The notes beneath the pieces are model-generated. The model was given only the letters and a program-made list of their open reading frames with translations. It ran no database searches and was not told the DNA's origin. Below, one piece after another: positions 22,638 to 35,300 of a stretch of DNA of 64,000 bases; within the stretch, counting starts at the first letter, position 1, and the number at the start of each line of letters is the position of its first letter. The position numbers and the translations under genes are program-made. Origin of the DNA: Epithemia pelagica (lineage: Eukaryota; Protista; Bacillariophyta); NCBI GenBank assembly GCA_946965045.2, contig OX337228.1, positions 6,510,001 to 6,574,000 of the forward strand. The letters are read 5' to 3'.

Positions 22638-23031
22638 CTATCGTTGATAGTTGTAGTAGTGGTAGTTGTAGGTAGTACCGTGGATGCGGCTGCAAGAACG
22701 GAGCCGCCATTGTGTTTACCTCGTTCAAGACCAGTATGATGTGTCAACATAAGCAACATACGCATCGGACAATGCCATCGCATTTCGCACAACAACACAT
22801 GAGATTTGATGCCAACTCCCCCGTCTGCTGTCGTCCGGCGGTGAGAACACGTCACCCAAACGTCAAACGGAAGATAGAAGATCCAACATACGATCCAACA
22901 TAGATGTCAATCCTTTTTCTTGGCGAATTTTGCACTTTGTCGTCGTTGGCATGCTTCAACGAATCGTTGTATGGTTCTTGCTGCTGTTCGTCTCAAGTGC
23001 ATCCAGAAAAAGAATACCGACGAGTGATAGA

Positions 23032-24097
23032 ATGACGATAGTCTTCGATACGGAACGAGTGGAAAAGATTTTAGCCAGCCACGGGCCGTTGGAGGAGAAC
23101 TCGCCAGACCAAGCTGCCTGTCAGGTACGAGTGCCCTTGTCCGAGGGTCGTTCCGTGCCATTTCCGACCAAGATTGTAATTGACGCTCTTTTCATTGTCA
23201 CAGAAACTTGTCCAAGAGCTATCGCCAGAGGAACAAGAAACAGCAGCCTTGTCGTCGTATGCCTACTGGCTCTCGTCGACGATTGGAGATGACGACACTG
23301 TCGACCAGGACCAGGTTCGAATGCGCTTCGCCATGAGAGAGGCGAGACGACACTATGTGGGCCAGGATCGCGATTACCAAAAAGCATGGAATGCCATGAA
23401 AGAGGCGATTTCCTTACGTGTCGAGTACAAGCTCCATCTCGTTCGTTGGATACCCATGGCCGCCAATCTACAGAATGCGACACACTTATCAGACGACGAC
23501 AAACAAACGGTCCAGAGATATCGGGGCTACGTGGAGGAGGAACTCAAACGGCAACTCACTGCAACTTCTGGACAGGACCTGGACCACCATGCTGTTCTGA
23601 TTCGGTTTCCTCGCACCGAACCAAAGACAGATATCGAAGCGTACATGATAGCACAGCTTTATATTGCCGAACGAGGCTGTGCCGCGACCGAGTTCCTCTC
23701 GGCCGGTGAACGAGAGAAACTGGTGGCAATATCCGATTACGCAACCTATGTTTCCGCCAACGCACCACCCGTATGGTCTTTACGGGAATCCATGACAAAG
23801 TTGCAACGAATATATCCGGAACGTCTGGAGAAAATGATCATTACTGATCCTCCCTATTGGATGCGGATGCTCTACAATGTGTTGTACCCATTTCTGGCCG
23901 AGAAAACCACCAGGAAAATCACAATGACGACGGGAGACGTGGAGAGAAAGGCTGCGTTTCAAGCCATTATCGATGTTGAGAGACCACCTCCTCTCATTCA
24001 AGGTGATCTCAGTATGTCTGCCGAAAGTGTGGATCTTGACACGTATATGAACCAACTGTTCTACGAGACCCTTCCCTCCACTTCCACCGTAACATAG
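23032..24097 (+). CDS. CRAL-TRIO (Sec14-like) lipid-binding domain protein
   Basis: Exon 1 23032-23124, intron 23125-23203. Motifs YPERLEKMIITDPPYWMRMLYNVLYPFLAEKTTRKI. Paralogue at 46883-48076. Confidence 0.88.
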
Positions 24098-24639
24098 ACG
24101 CCCTATAGCTATTTCACAAGCATCCAAAAAAGCCCAATCCGCGACAAGGAAGCAACAAGTAGGAAAGCTACTTAACGCTCTTTCTACTCTAGATGGGTGA
24201 GATTGTTGCTTTGAAAAACAAAGAATAACCAAGTAAGGGTCGAATAGAATCTCGACTCCATCGTTTCATTGCGATGAGCCACTTACCGAGTGAGAACCCA
24301 ACTCCGTATCCAGGATGAGTACTACCCAGAGGTTGGATCATTTATAAAATAGGATCACTGCTAGAGAGGATTGAGAAGCCACTCTTGAGATTTGAGATGA
24401 GCTGCGATCTTGCCACCACGCGGCAATCGATCAAATAGATCGTCGTCTGTTGGACATTCGAATCGGAAGAAGAAGGCAAGCCTCCGGGAGGATTGTAATT
24501 GAGATTACTCGGATCCAAACGTGCCGTTGAGATTGATGGAGCAAATCGCATTGTCAAATTTCTCTATTTTGCATCGAATTGAACCTAGTACTCCTACGAA
24601 TACGGACACAGAAACATCCCTTGCCTCGTCGGAAAAGGC

Positions 24640-26114
24640 ATGAATCAATCAGCCGACTCTCCCGATCAACCAGAAACGTCCGATCCGAGAGCTTCGGGGG
24701 TGGATAGATCGTCTGTGGATCTTGTTTTATTGGTTCATAGAGTGGACCTGTTCGATCTAGGATTCAACGAAGAAGAACGTCATCATGCTCCTCTGCATCG
24801 GATACCCCTGAATATCGACGTCGGAGCATTCGCCTATGATCAATCCGCTGCAGTCCAGGATAAAAAAGAAGGACGGAATTGCCGAATAGTAGCCTGCCGA
24901 GTTCCTCCACAAACACATCCCTCTCCTGTTTCACACCGAAATTTGGTTTTGTCCGAGTTCACGCCAAATCCATTTGGTCCTTCAATTGACAAGTATTGGA
25001 ACCAGCGCCAGAGGCTTTTTTGTCGTTTCGATGATGGGATTCAACTTGATGAGGAGGGATGGTACAGCGTTACACCGGAACAAATAGCGGATCACGTTGC
25101 TCTTCGGTTAAATGAACTTGTTATGGCGTACGCATATCACCTTCCACACAATCCTCCCATGATGCCAAGGCCCTTCATCTTGTTTGATGCCTTTTGTGGA
25201 TGCGGAGGAAACGCGATTGCCTTTGCACGACAACCCAACTTGCTGGTGTACGCATTCGACACGGACCGAAGCAAATTGCGAAAGGCAGCAAACAATGCCG
25301 CGATATATCAGATTCCTCCGCAAAAACTTATTTTCATTGAATGCAACGTACTCTTTGTGCTTGAACATTGTTTCAAAGACGGCGAGTTTACCCTGAATCA
25401 ACCTGTGGATTCACCCGAAAAGGCAGAAAGACTTATAAAGTCCATGCCGCCTCCTGCTGCCTGTGAAACCTATGCTGGTTACTCAATTGGAGGGATTGAC
25501 TTGTTGCCAGAGTCGATCGATGCTGTTTTCATGGATCCGCCATGGGGAGGCGTTGACTATGAAGTGTTTGGGAAGCATGGTTATGATCTTGAAAAGAATA
25601 TGAAGATTAAACGGCCGTCAGCGGCCAGCAATGGAGAAGCAGGGTGTATGCGTGATGATTTCTTTGACAGTTTTCTTACCCAACCGAGGAACAAAAAAGA
25701 ACGCATATCACAGTTCAACATTGGTATGGAAGGAGAAGACTGCGTAAATGGGGCCGAGTTACTTCGATTGGCAGCGGCTGCAACTGCGCGACGGTGGGTT
25801 ATTTACGATGTTCCGCGCAACACAAACCTCAACTCACTTGGTCAGGGTAAGTGTACCATAGACGGCTTTCCTGATGGCCGAGAGCCCCCTAATATCACTT
25901 TGCTCATTCATTGTCTCCCGATCTATGTGCCTTTGTCTTATCGTTTGTCCCCGTTTGATCTACAGCGGCCGTGGCAGCTGGATACCAGGGAAACTGTAAG
26001 GTTGAGGAACACAATTTAAATGGTCGTCTGAAAACCGTAACGGCATACTTTGGAACAGACTGGAGAGGGTTGCTGAACGCAGGTGTAACGAATATCATGA
26101 ACTTTGGTGAGTGA
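24640..26114 (+). CDS. TGS1: Trimethylguanosine synthase (RNA cap guanine-N2 methyltransferase)
   Basis: KYWNQRQRLFCRFDDGIQLDEEGWYSVTPEQIADHVA, DAFCGCGGNAIAFA and DPPWGG. Intron 25847-25965 gives the C-terminal KVEEHNLNGRLKTVTAYFG. Confidence 0.95.
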
Positions 26115-26273
26115 GAACTACTCCCAAGTAAATAGACCGGCCTAAGCATAAGCCATGGTTACTTGAGGACAGGTAGTGCATAGTACACATAGACTTCTCT
26201 CCATTATTAGTGCGACTGACTTCGCGCCATCAAACCTCGTCCACATCTCCTTTTGTGCATCCGTTCGACGGCC

Positions 26274-27724
26274 ATGGCGAGATGGCCGTTGTTATCCATC
26301 ACTCAGAGGGGTTGGTGTCCACGTACAGTGGGAGTCCTTTCAGAGCTGCAAGGCTCCGCTACGCAATTGCAACCTGTAGGTCGCACACAACAAAGATGGA
26401 TTCTTTCGCAAGCGATTGAAGATCGGTTGGTGGCCATGAGAGCTCGACACGACGAGATTCTGGGCGAACTGAGGAGTGGTGGGTCTGCGGCGAACATGGG
26501 TGCTGGAGAGCTTTCATCGCTGACGCGTGCAGTGAAGCTGATGGACCAGCGCGATGAGCTGAATGAGGAAGAGAAACAACTGAAAGATCTTTTAGAAGAA
26601 TCCGCAGGCGTTGCGGAAATGGAACAAGAATGTATGGATGAATTGAAGCGAAACAGTGACAATCGCACGCAGTTGGAGAAAAAGATGCTTGACGCCATTC
26701 TTCCACACGAAGAGGAAGACTACACCGGTGATGCGATTCTAGAAATTCGCGCTGGAGCCGGTGGCGACGAAGCATCCTATTTTGCCTACGAATTGTATGA
26801 AGGATATGAAAGAATCGCTAAGAGTATTGGTTTCAAAGTCGAACGTCTTGATGAAAGCCATTCAGAAGTTGGTGGTCTGAGTAAGGGATCGCTCCTTCTA
26901 ACTGGTGGTGCTATATTTAAGCTTCCAACCGAAACAGAGGAGGACGATGATGATTCAGATCCTCTCTTGTTTGGTCCGTACGGGGCATTCAAGTTTGAGA
27001 GCGGTGTTCATAGAGTCCAAAGGGTACGAAGGAAAAAGGTATTGGTGAGGCAATCTTCATCCTTCTCAACAACTCTTGCCTTCTTCTTGATTCACAGGTT
27101 CCAGTTAATGATATTAGAATCCACACCAGCGCTTGTTCGGTTGCAGTAATGCCATCCGACAACAGCCAGCAAGGCAAAGTTCAACCCTTGCCCATGTCGG
27201 AGCTGAAGATTGACACAATGAGAGCCTCTGGTACGTAACTACAATAGATTCAAGAGCTGTCGTGAGCTCTTAATCAGGTTTGATGTCTTCTAACGTTGCA
27301 ACTGTCTGCAGGAGCTGGAGGGCAACACGTGAATACCACAAACTCGGCCATTCGAGTGACACACATCCCGACAGGTATAACTGCGGCGATTCAAGACGAG
27401 CGAACGCAAGCCAGAAATAAGGAAAAGGCCTTGAGGCTAATTGCGGCTCGTGTACGAGATGCTGAGCGAGCGGCGTTGGATCGGCAACGCGGTGAGACGA
27501 GAAGTGCCTTGTTGGGGGGCGGAGATCGCAGCGAACGTGTTCGGACATATAATTACGCACAAGATCGCATCACGGATCACCGTTGCAAGGAATCACGACA
27601 TGGAATTGAACAATTGATGAGTGGAAAGTCAGAAGAGAACTTGGTGGTCACATTTGCACCGCATCTGTTTCTTTTGCATCGCCAGGAACAGATTGATAAA
27701 CTCGAGGAAGGGAACCAAAAGTAG
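26274..27724 (+). CDS. prfA: Organellar (bacterial-type) peptide chain release factor 1
   Basis: ILEIRAGAGGDEA, FESGVHRVQRVP, RASG|AGGQHVNTTNSAIRVTHIPTG (GGQ motif) and RSERVRTYNY. Introns 27024-27097 and 27231-27311. N-terminal transit-like extension. Confidence 0.93.
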
Positions 27725-27939
27725 AAACGGAGGTGTAGACTCTCAACCACTTGCCCGCCCGCAAAGGACGAAGCTTTGGGTACAGACGCCCCACCACATC
27801 ATTGTACATAGAATACCAAGCTATAGCAGCAATCGTAATGAAATTTGTCTCTAAGTTACTACCCACTATACTCTCTAACAAGTTTCATGGTTATTGGCCC
27901 ATTTTCCCCTGATAGAATGATATTCTTCTTGTGGCATTT

Positions 27940-30222
27940 TTACGCCACGGGTGCCGAGGGAGGATGGAGTTTGCTCAAACCATAAAAGTTGTACCCTGCA
28001 ATCACGAGCGTATCATTGTGTTGGGCAAAATCCCGGTAAATACGTGAAGCTTCGGCATAACACTCCATCATTTTGGGAATATTGGCCTGTTGCAAATAAA
28101 TATTGCCCAACAAATTCAACAACTTGCCCACAGCAATTTGACTCTTCGTTTCCTTGGTTCGTTCAATCTCGAGTGCTTCGCTAAAGTACTTGAGCGCATC
28201 TTCCAAATCTCCTCGTTGTTGATGAATCAAGCCCAAATGTTGGAGTGTCAAAATGACATCTTCGTGTTTGGTTCCCAAGGAAATCTTTTCGACTCTCAAT
28301 GTTTCCTTGTAATACTGAATGGCATTGGCTTCATCGCCCGTTTCGAGGTAAATGGTGGCAATGTTGTACCACAAAATGGCCACATCGCGATGATTGGGTC
28401 CCAAAATGGCCTTGCGAACCCGTAGACTGTCCAAAAAGCATTCCTTGGCCATTCCATGAATACCTTGATTGAACAGGACGAGTCCAATGGAATTGAGCGT
28501 GGCGGCCACTTCGAGGTTATCGTCGGATCCATAAAAATCTCGTTGAATCCGGAGTGATTCTTGATACAAATCAAACGCGGAGCTAAAGGCCTTGAGTTGA
28601 TATTGCATCAAACCCATGTTGGACAAGGTGTTGGCGACTTCCAACCCATTGGGCCCGCACGATTTGAGTTGGAGGGCATGAATTTCACTGTATTTGATGA
28701 GGGCGGCGGCAAAGTTCCCCCGATGTCGATGAATTTGGCAAATGTTCATGAGTGTCACAAGAATGTGTGGATGACATTCATCCAGAACGACTTGTTCGAT
28801 TTTGAGGGATTCTTGATAATATCTCAGTGCCGTATCCAAATCGGAAATTTCGTAATACAAATTTCCCAACTTGTTGAGCGTGGAGGCCAATTCGGGATGA
28901 AAGTTTCCCAGTGCGCCCCGTCCGGCCTGCAAGGCCTTTTCGTACAAGCTTCTCGCTTGATCCAAGGCACCGCGGTCGTGATGAATTTCGGCCATGCATT
29001 TGTAAATAATGGCAATGTCTCGATGATTGGATCCCAATCGTTTGGGCGCGAGATCCAAAAATTCTTGATAACATTGAATGGCTTGATCGAACTGGCCCTT
29101 TTGATGCAAGGTTTGTCCATAATTGCAAATGGTGGCCGCAACATCAATGGAATCCTTCCCCAATAAGGCGCGACGAATCTCCAAGGCTTGCGCGTACACT
29201 TCCAAGGCTTGATCGTACTTGGCTTCCAAATAATACACCCGGCCAATATTGTTGAGGACGGTCGCGACTTGCGTCGATTCGTGGCCCTTGTGTTGTCGAT
29301 AGACGGTCAAACACTGTTCAAAGAGGGTCCGTACCTTGGCGGAATCGTTGCCTTCCTTGTGAAACAAGAGAACGGCAATGCAATTGAGAGCACTGGCCAC
29401 ATGCAAATCACCCAATTTGCGATCGCGGGCCAAGGCCAAGGCTTTGCGATAGGATTTCATGGCTTCCTCATTCCGGCCCAATCGGTAGTGGCAATGTCCC
29501 AAATTGTGATGAATGCACACCACGACACGGGCCGATTCGGCACAGTGCGCATCCAACACCACCACTCGGACCAAGGCCAGTTCAAACCACCGACGGGCTT
29601 CTTGGTATTTGCCCCTACACACATGAGTGAGACCGACATTGTAAAAGAGAGCGGCCGATCGCATCGATTCGCTTGGTGGATGGTGGTGGTGGTGCGGATG
29701 ATGACTTTTATTATTCGTAGTACTCAATTGCAAGGCCGTGTTGTACACATACATGCCTTCATCGTACTCTTGGCGTTGATAAATGTACAAATGAGTCACT
29801 TGAGAAGATGAAAAAGGCGATGATGAGAAGGAAGAACGAGAAGAAGAAGAAGAGGTTGCACCGGCCAACGACCGTTTGCCCGTGTTGGTGGAAGAGTTGC
29901 GAACATCGCACGAGGATAATGATGTGTTGGATGATGAAGACGACAAGGTACAGCAGGGCACCAAGGTTCGTTGATCGTTGCGAGGACTTGGTTCCAAAGA
30001 CGACAGCAATTCATTGTTGTTGCTGCTGCTGTCATGGGCGAGTTTCAAGTCGGGTAATGTCGTCGTCGTCGTCGTGGAGGACGGAGTGCTCGGCTCCGTA
30101 TTGTGGTTGCTGTTGTTGCCACCGCTGCTGCTGCTCGAAGCCAATCGCGGTCGTTTGCAAGGACGTTCCACATCTGTTTCTGGCAACTGAGTGGTGGTAG
30201 GACGACTTCGTGATTGATTCAT
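27940..30222 (-). CDS. Tetratricopeptide-repeat protein (kinesin-light-chain/NPHP3-like TPR array)
   Basis: 760-aa ORF with about 12 TPR units of 42-aa type (e.g. VATVLNNIGRVYY, LASTLNKLGNLYY, VANTLSNMGLMQY, H.D/EVA linkers) after an S/T-rich N-terminus. Confidence 0.9.
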   Translation of the reverse strand: MNQSRSRPTTTQLPETDVERPCKRPRLASSSSSGGNNSNHNTEPSTPSSTTTTTTLPDLKLAHDSSSNNNELLSSLEPSPRNDQRTLVPCCTLSSSSSNTSLSSCDVRNSSTNTGKRSLAGATSSSSSRSSFSSSPFSSSQVTHLYIYQRQEYDEGMYVYNTALQLSTTNNKSHHPHHHHHPPSESMRSAALFYNVGLTHVCRGKYQEARRWFELALVRVVVLDAHCAESARVVVCIHHNLGHCHYRLGRNEEAMKSYRKALALARDRKLGDLHVASALNCIAVLLFHKEGNDSAKVRTLFEQCLTVYRQHKGHESTQVATVLNNIGRVYYLEAKYDQALEVYAQALEIRRALLGKDSIDVAATICNYGQTLHQKGQFDQAIQCYQEFLDLAPKRLGSNHRDIAIIYKCMAEIHHDRGALDQARSLYEKALQAGRGALGNFHPELASTLNKLGNLYYEISDLDTALRYYQESLKIEQVVLDECHPHILVTLMNICQIHRHRGNFAAALIKYSEIHALQLKSCGPNGLEVANTLSNMGLMQYQLKAFSSAFDLYQESLRIQRDFYGSDDNLEVAATLNSIGLVLFNQGIHGMAKECFLDSLRVRKAILGPNHRDVAILWYNIATIYLETGDEANAIQYYKETLRVEKISLGTKHEDVILTLQHLGLIHQQRGDLEDALKYFSEALEIERTKETKSQIAVGKLLNLLGNIYLQQANIPKMMECYAEASRIYRDFAQHNDTLVIAGYNFYGLSKLHPPSAPVA

Positions 30223-31047
30223 TGTGGCTGGTTATGAACTGTCAAGAGAATGATTGCGTATTTTATGAACCAACAGAGTTGTTGTTGTTGTTTTGGTTGT
30301 ATCGCATGAAATGGTTGTGTGTGCGAAAAGAGGAGGATGTGATTGTGGAGAATAAGAAAAAAAGAGAAGCCGCTTCTCCGAGACAAGTATATAGGATCGT
30401 TTGAACCAAGTCAATCACACTGGTCTACTATCGGAGATCGGAGAGACTTGAGCCTGATGTTGTGGTGTCTTGTGTAGTTTTGCTCAATACCGCAAAGGAT
30501 GCAAGAAAAAGAGGAGAAAAGAGTGAAAAACACAAGGGAGAAAAACTTCTCAGTTGGTCCGAATAGAGAATAGAACTGCCTCCTGTCATCACTGCTCGCA
30601 CCTTGTAAATGCGACTGACAAAAATGCTCGATGTGTACTATATCCCCAAAGTGTACAAACGGCGTGTAATCGTCGATTGTTTCGTATTGCCCCGACCGTG
30701 GGGCCCAACCTGCCGGAACCATTTTCTCCGCGACAATTTCACCCCACGATTTGATATCCCTTAACAAACCACCATTGAAGTAAAACTGCCAAACTTGAGC
30801 TTACGTAATACAACCTTTATCCGATGTCATACTCATCGTATTAAAAATTAATAGTAACAATTGATCTGGTGGATAGAGGGAGTATCTTGTCATGAGCCTT
30901 TATCCTTTATTGCACGTGAGTAACGATAAGTACAAGATGAAGAATGAAAGAACCCTTCTCTCAATACCGATTAAGTCTATCCGGTTCTCAGACTCAGAAA
31001 TCATGCTATTGCTTCATTGAGGATTAAACCCAGCGTCCTGTGTCCTG

Positions 31048-31112
31048 TGTGCTACCAATGCTACTCGTATGTGCTACGTATGTGCTACGTATGTGCTATG
31101 TGCTACCAATGC
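31048..31112. repeat. Short tandem array, 11-bp unit ATGTGCTACGT (about 3 copies plus degenerate flanks)
   Basis: gtatgtgctacgtatgtgctacgtatgtgctatgtgctacc seen directly. Confidence 0.8.
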
Positions 31113-32768
31113 CTCTAAACTCTCACAAGGTACTCCTAGGAGTAGTCGCGGATCGCGGAGTACGAATTGCTGCTACGAATTACGAATAGAGGACTACAAG
31201 CTGGCTCACGTTGCGTAGTGCATGAGTATATTAGTGTAAAAGACTGTACAAGAAAAAAATCGTAGATAAAATGCTATAGTGATTTTCCGCAGCACAGAGC
31301 ACAGCACCAATGACAATGACAATGGGATGGCCGATGTCTGGGCAAATACGATGCCATTCATGGCCGCAAGCACAAGAACTGCTGCAACTAGTAGACGAAG
31401 TAGGTTAAATTTGTTTTTATGGGCACAGCTAAGGAGATGGAGAATGATTGTCCACGATGCTCATCAGTGGAAATACGTTCACTGCCCCTGGAGACTGAGT
31501 CGTAGGTGCGAACGAGCGACACCCCTACGATTTCCTACTACTTTTATATCTATCCTATCGATTAGGTTGGGTGGTGCTGCTCGTTCGGCCCGGGGATTGG
31601 CCATTGTCGCATGAAGCGGTCACTTGTCGTTATTGCATTTTGCATTTTACGATATGTGCGCGACAAAATGTGAGGAGCAAGAAAAAGTAACTGGCTCGAA
31701 ACGCTGGGGTATGTAGGCTAAAGTGTAGTATACAATTTCCCACTCTGAAAAACTCATGCACTTCGCAACGTGAACCAGCTTGTACTCCTACTAGGTATTT
31801 TTACTTCAACCACGATAAACAACAAACGCAATCACACTAAAAGCCTTTAATCGCAAAACGGAAGCCATAAGCGCACTTCTTGCTTATAGTTTTGCCCACT
31901 GTTGACTGTTGGTCTTAGCTACCAGATTTCTGGACTTTTAGTGGAACCGATTGAGCTCTTGTTCTCTTACGCACGATAGACAGAAGCCCAAGTAAATGGA
32001 TCAGAATGATTTGATTGCTAACTTAGGTGAATTGAAATAGTACAGGTAGCTAGTTGTCGACAGATTAGATGGCAGAATTGAAACAGTAGACTGGAAACAG
32101 ACCAACGGACGATGATTGGCGAGTGGAGAGGGTTTGATGAAAACTCTACTAGAAACTACCTTTAGAATTTAGAATGTGCAAATCTCCGCTCTCCTTTAGT
32201 AGAGCATCCAGCATCAAAGGTTGTTTATGGATTGCTATTCCTACTTGCTACTGATTGCGTCCAATACTATCCATAATCCTGCAAATCCATTTCGGACGGG
32301 AACGACGTCAACGAACGTGGGAGTCAAAGAAGAGGTAGCTAGAGGAAATCGATAGGGTAGGTCAAATGAGGGCGAAACCTTGATAGATGGGGTAGAGATA
32401 TCTTGGTCACCCTCTAGTATAGTACCTGGTCACAACATGACCATGACAGGAAACAGAACTACAAATGGATGCACCCCCATATGGTATTATCATCCAGTGC
32501 CACGATCCAAGGCATCTCTCCAGATGTAGCAGCTGAAAATGAAGCAGAGGGGGGCTCGTCTTGGTGCCAAAATCCGCAAACACGTCTCTAACACACACAA
32601 AATGATGATGAAGAGAGTACGTGACATGCAAAATTTAGAATCTTCTACAAGTAGTAGCAGTAGTCGTGGTCGTCGTAAAAGCGCCTGGAGGATCCCACGT
32701 TGCGGTTGCTTCCACTGGCGGCTGGTTGTTGCTCTTGTTGTTGTTGTCGTCGTTGTCGTTGTGTGGTT

Positions 32769-34829
32769 TTACTCTTTGGTCGCGGCCAGGACGGTAGCGG
32801 GTTGTTGTTCGGATTTGGCAAAAAAGGAAGGGCCGGTAGTCATTCCTTCGTAGGAACCATCGGCGGACGCCGCAAAGACTTGTTCGGCACTTTCAAAGTG
32901 TGCCGCCTTCCATTGTTCTTCCAAGGCGGCGGCGGTTTCGGCCATGTTCCCCGTGGGATGGTACGAGTACAAATAGGTAAACTGCAACGGAAAGATTACG
33001 TATTGCAAAAAGGGTTTCCAGAAAAACGTCAGGTAACTCTTCCAACTCTTGCCCAAATTGTCGTGCGGACTGTAAGGCGTATCAAAGGTATTGATAATCA
33101 AGTCACTGGCCAGTCGACTCATGAATTGCACCATGCTCACGCGGAAAATCCGGGCGCGATAAAACTTTTGCAAGTTGGCTTGGACATCCTTGGTAGATTT
33201 GGTTTGGGCCAGAATCTCGGACAAGACGTAGGCATCTTCAATCGCCTGACATCCTCCTTGACCGAGATTGGGCATCATGGCATGGACGGCATCGCCCATG
33301 AGGACGACATTGCCATCGGCCCACGACCGTAAGAGTTCCGGGGCCCGATCGTACAAATCGCGTTGTTCCACCGATTCCGGTGGCGTAGCATCCAGGATGG
33401 TGGCAATTTCATCACTCCAGCCTTCATGAAGGCGTTTAATGTATTCCACCAAGTTTTCATTGGGATCGGACTGACTTTCTCGGGTGGAACCACCCCATCC
33501 GCTGGGAGCTTTCTTGGTCCCAGGTGGGAGCGCAAAAAAGGCATACCATTGAATGCGTCCATCGCCGACATCGGACGTGACAAAGTATCGTTTGGGACCA
33601 ATGTAGACTTTGTAGCCCGTTTCGTAATAGTCCGGTGTTTTGATAATCGTTTCACCGGCAAAGACGGTGTATCCGGAATAATCACAGCCTTGTCGCTTTT
33701 CTCGATCCTTGCTGGTGGATTTGACGCCCCCTTCCTGGTACATGTGATTGCGGACGGCCGACCAAATGCCATCGGATCCGACCAAAACGTCCGCCTCGGC
33801 GGTTTCGCCATTGGCCAAGGTAAAGCGCACGCCTTGGCCTTGACCCAAGTTTTCATAAGATTCGACGGCATTGCCATTTTGAATAAAGTCGGCCTTGTAC
33901 TTTTTGCATTCGTCAATCAAAATTTCTTGCAGATCGGGACGGTCAATCACTCCCGTATAGGGCAAACCAAACAAATCGGCACATTGCTGTATCGCCACAG
34001 ACATACATCAACACACAGACATACACACACAAAAGTGAAGGTGTCAATACGGTCTTGTGTGAGAAAGAAAACGGTAGTGTGCACACAAACATACATAGAT
34101 ACAAACACATTACAACGACAGTGACGACAACAGTCCATGCCACACCAACAGAACACACACTCTCACTCATCCACGACGACAAAAGACTCTCCTGACCCAT
34201 TCACTCACCTTGAGTGGAAATTTGACAAACCAATCGGCGGGTGCCTTGGGATCCCACAAATAGCTGAGGGAATCTCCCGTCATGCGAAAGGATCCATCGG
34301 ATCGCAATCCATCTTTAATACCGCAGGTACGGGTGCCGGTAAAGGTGAATTTGGCCATGACGCGTTCAAACAAGACCTCGTCAATTTCTCGCAGGACCGA
34401 CAAGGCATTGGAAGCAAATTGAATGGGTCCCCCAAAGCGCGCAAAGGCGGCCGTTCGTTCGTACACGGTCACATCAAAGCCCTGTTTCAACATGCACAAG
34501 GCGGCCGTCAAACCACCCACACCGCCACCGGCAATCGCCACCTTGAGTGGTCGACCCGGACGGGCCGGCAAGCCCAAGGATTCGTAGGCTGGTTGGTCTT
34601 TGTCCACTGTACTGCTCCACAATTGCGTGCTTGTTGATGTAGTTGATGTGGTTGTTGTCGGTGGTGGCCCAAAAGACACTGGTCGACGAGTCGCTGGATT
34701 CGACGACGACAAGACACTGGAAGGATGCAGCCAAGAAGTACCTTGCGTTGTTGAATGGGTGGTGGTAAAGGCCGTGGCTGTGCCCACCACGAGGAAAAGC
34801 AAGGATATCAACGTTGGACGACGCTCCAT
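32769..34829 (-). CDS. ZEP: Zeaxanthin epoxidase (diatom ZEP2-like FAD monooxygenase), plastid-targeted
   Basis: MERRPTLISLLFLVVGTATA|FTT bipartite presequence; KVAIAGGGVGGL (GxGxxG), GGPIQFASNA, VLVGSDGIWSAVR, LMGDAVHAMMPNLGQGGCQAIEDA. Intron 33987-34208. Confidence 0.93.
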
Positions 34830-35300
34830 GATGGTTTCCAAAAAAGGATCTCTCAACTCGGCAGTTCTAGCTGCAATGGCACCAACGAAAAAGGTATCTC
34901 TGACGGACTGTGTGTCGGGATACGTATGTTCTGTGAAATTGACGGGTTTGTTTTGCCAATGAATGGGAGAATGTGTGGCCGACACTTTGGAGATTCGCTT
35001 CAAGATGGAGCGTTTGCCTCCAACCGTGTCTCCGGAAGAGCGATCGACGTGCGTTTGACGGTCGCGATCCAAAGGCTATCCTGTCTACATACTACCGACT
35101 TCCTCTATCTCGCTAGATTCCATCTTATGGCTCATTCCCTCAGCTCGAAGATTGATAGATATCTGTTGACGGTTTGTTCATATCAGGCGCTGCTATATCA
35201 AATGGATTCTCCATCGCAAGACTTTCAGATCTTCCAAGGCATTCCTCTTCCCTTTCCTTGCCCATGCCCCCCTACGGTGCCTCTCCGTATTGGGATCATC

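Noticed and set aside
30411-30767. 118-aa minus ORF upstream of the TPR gene
   Set aside because: No motif, no ATG start; probably a chance frame in a promoter/intergenic region
33363-34124. 253-aa + ORF and others antisense to ZEP, the TPR gene and UvrD
   Set aside because: Antisense shadows of well-supported genes
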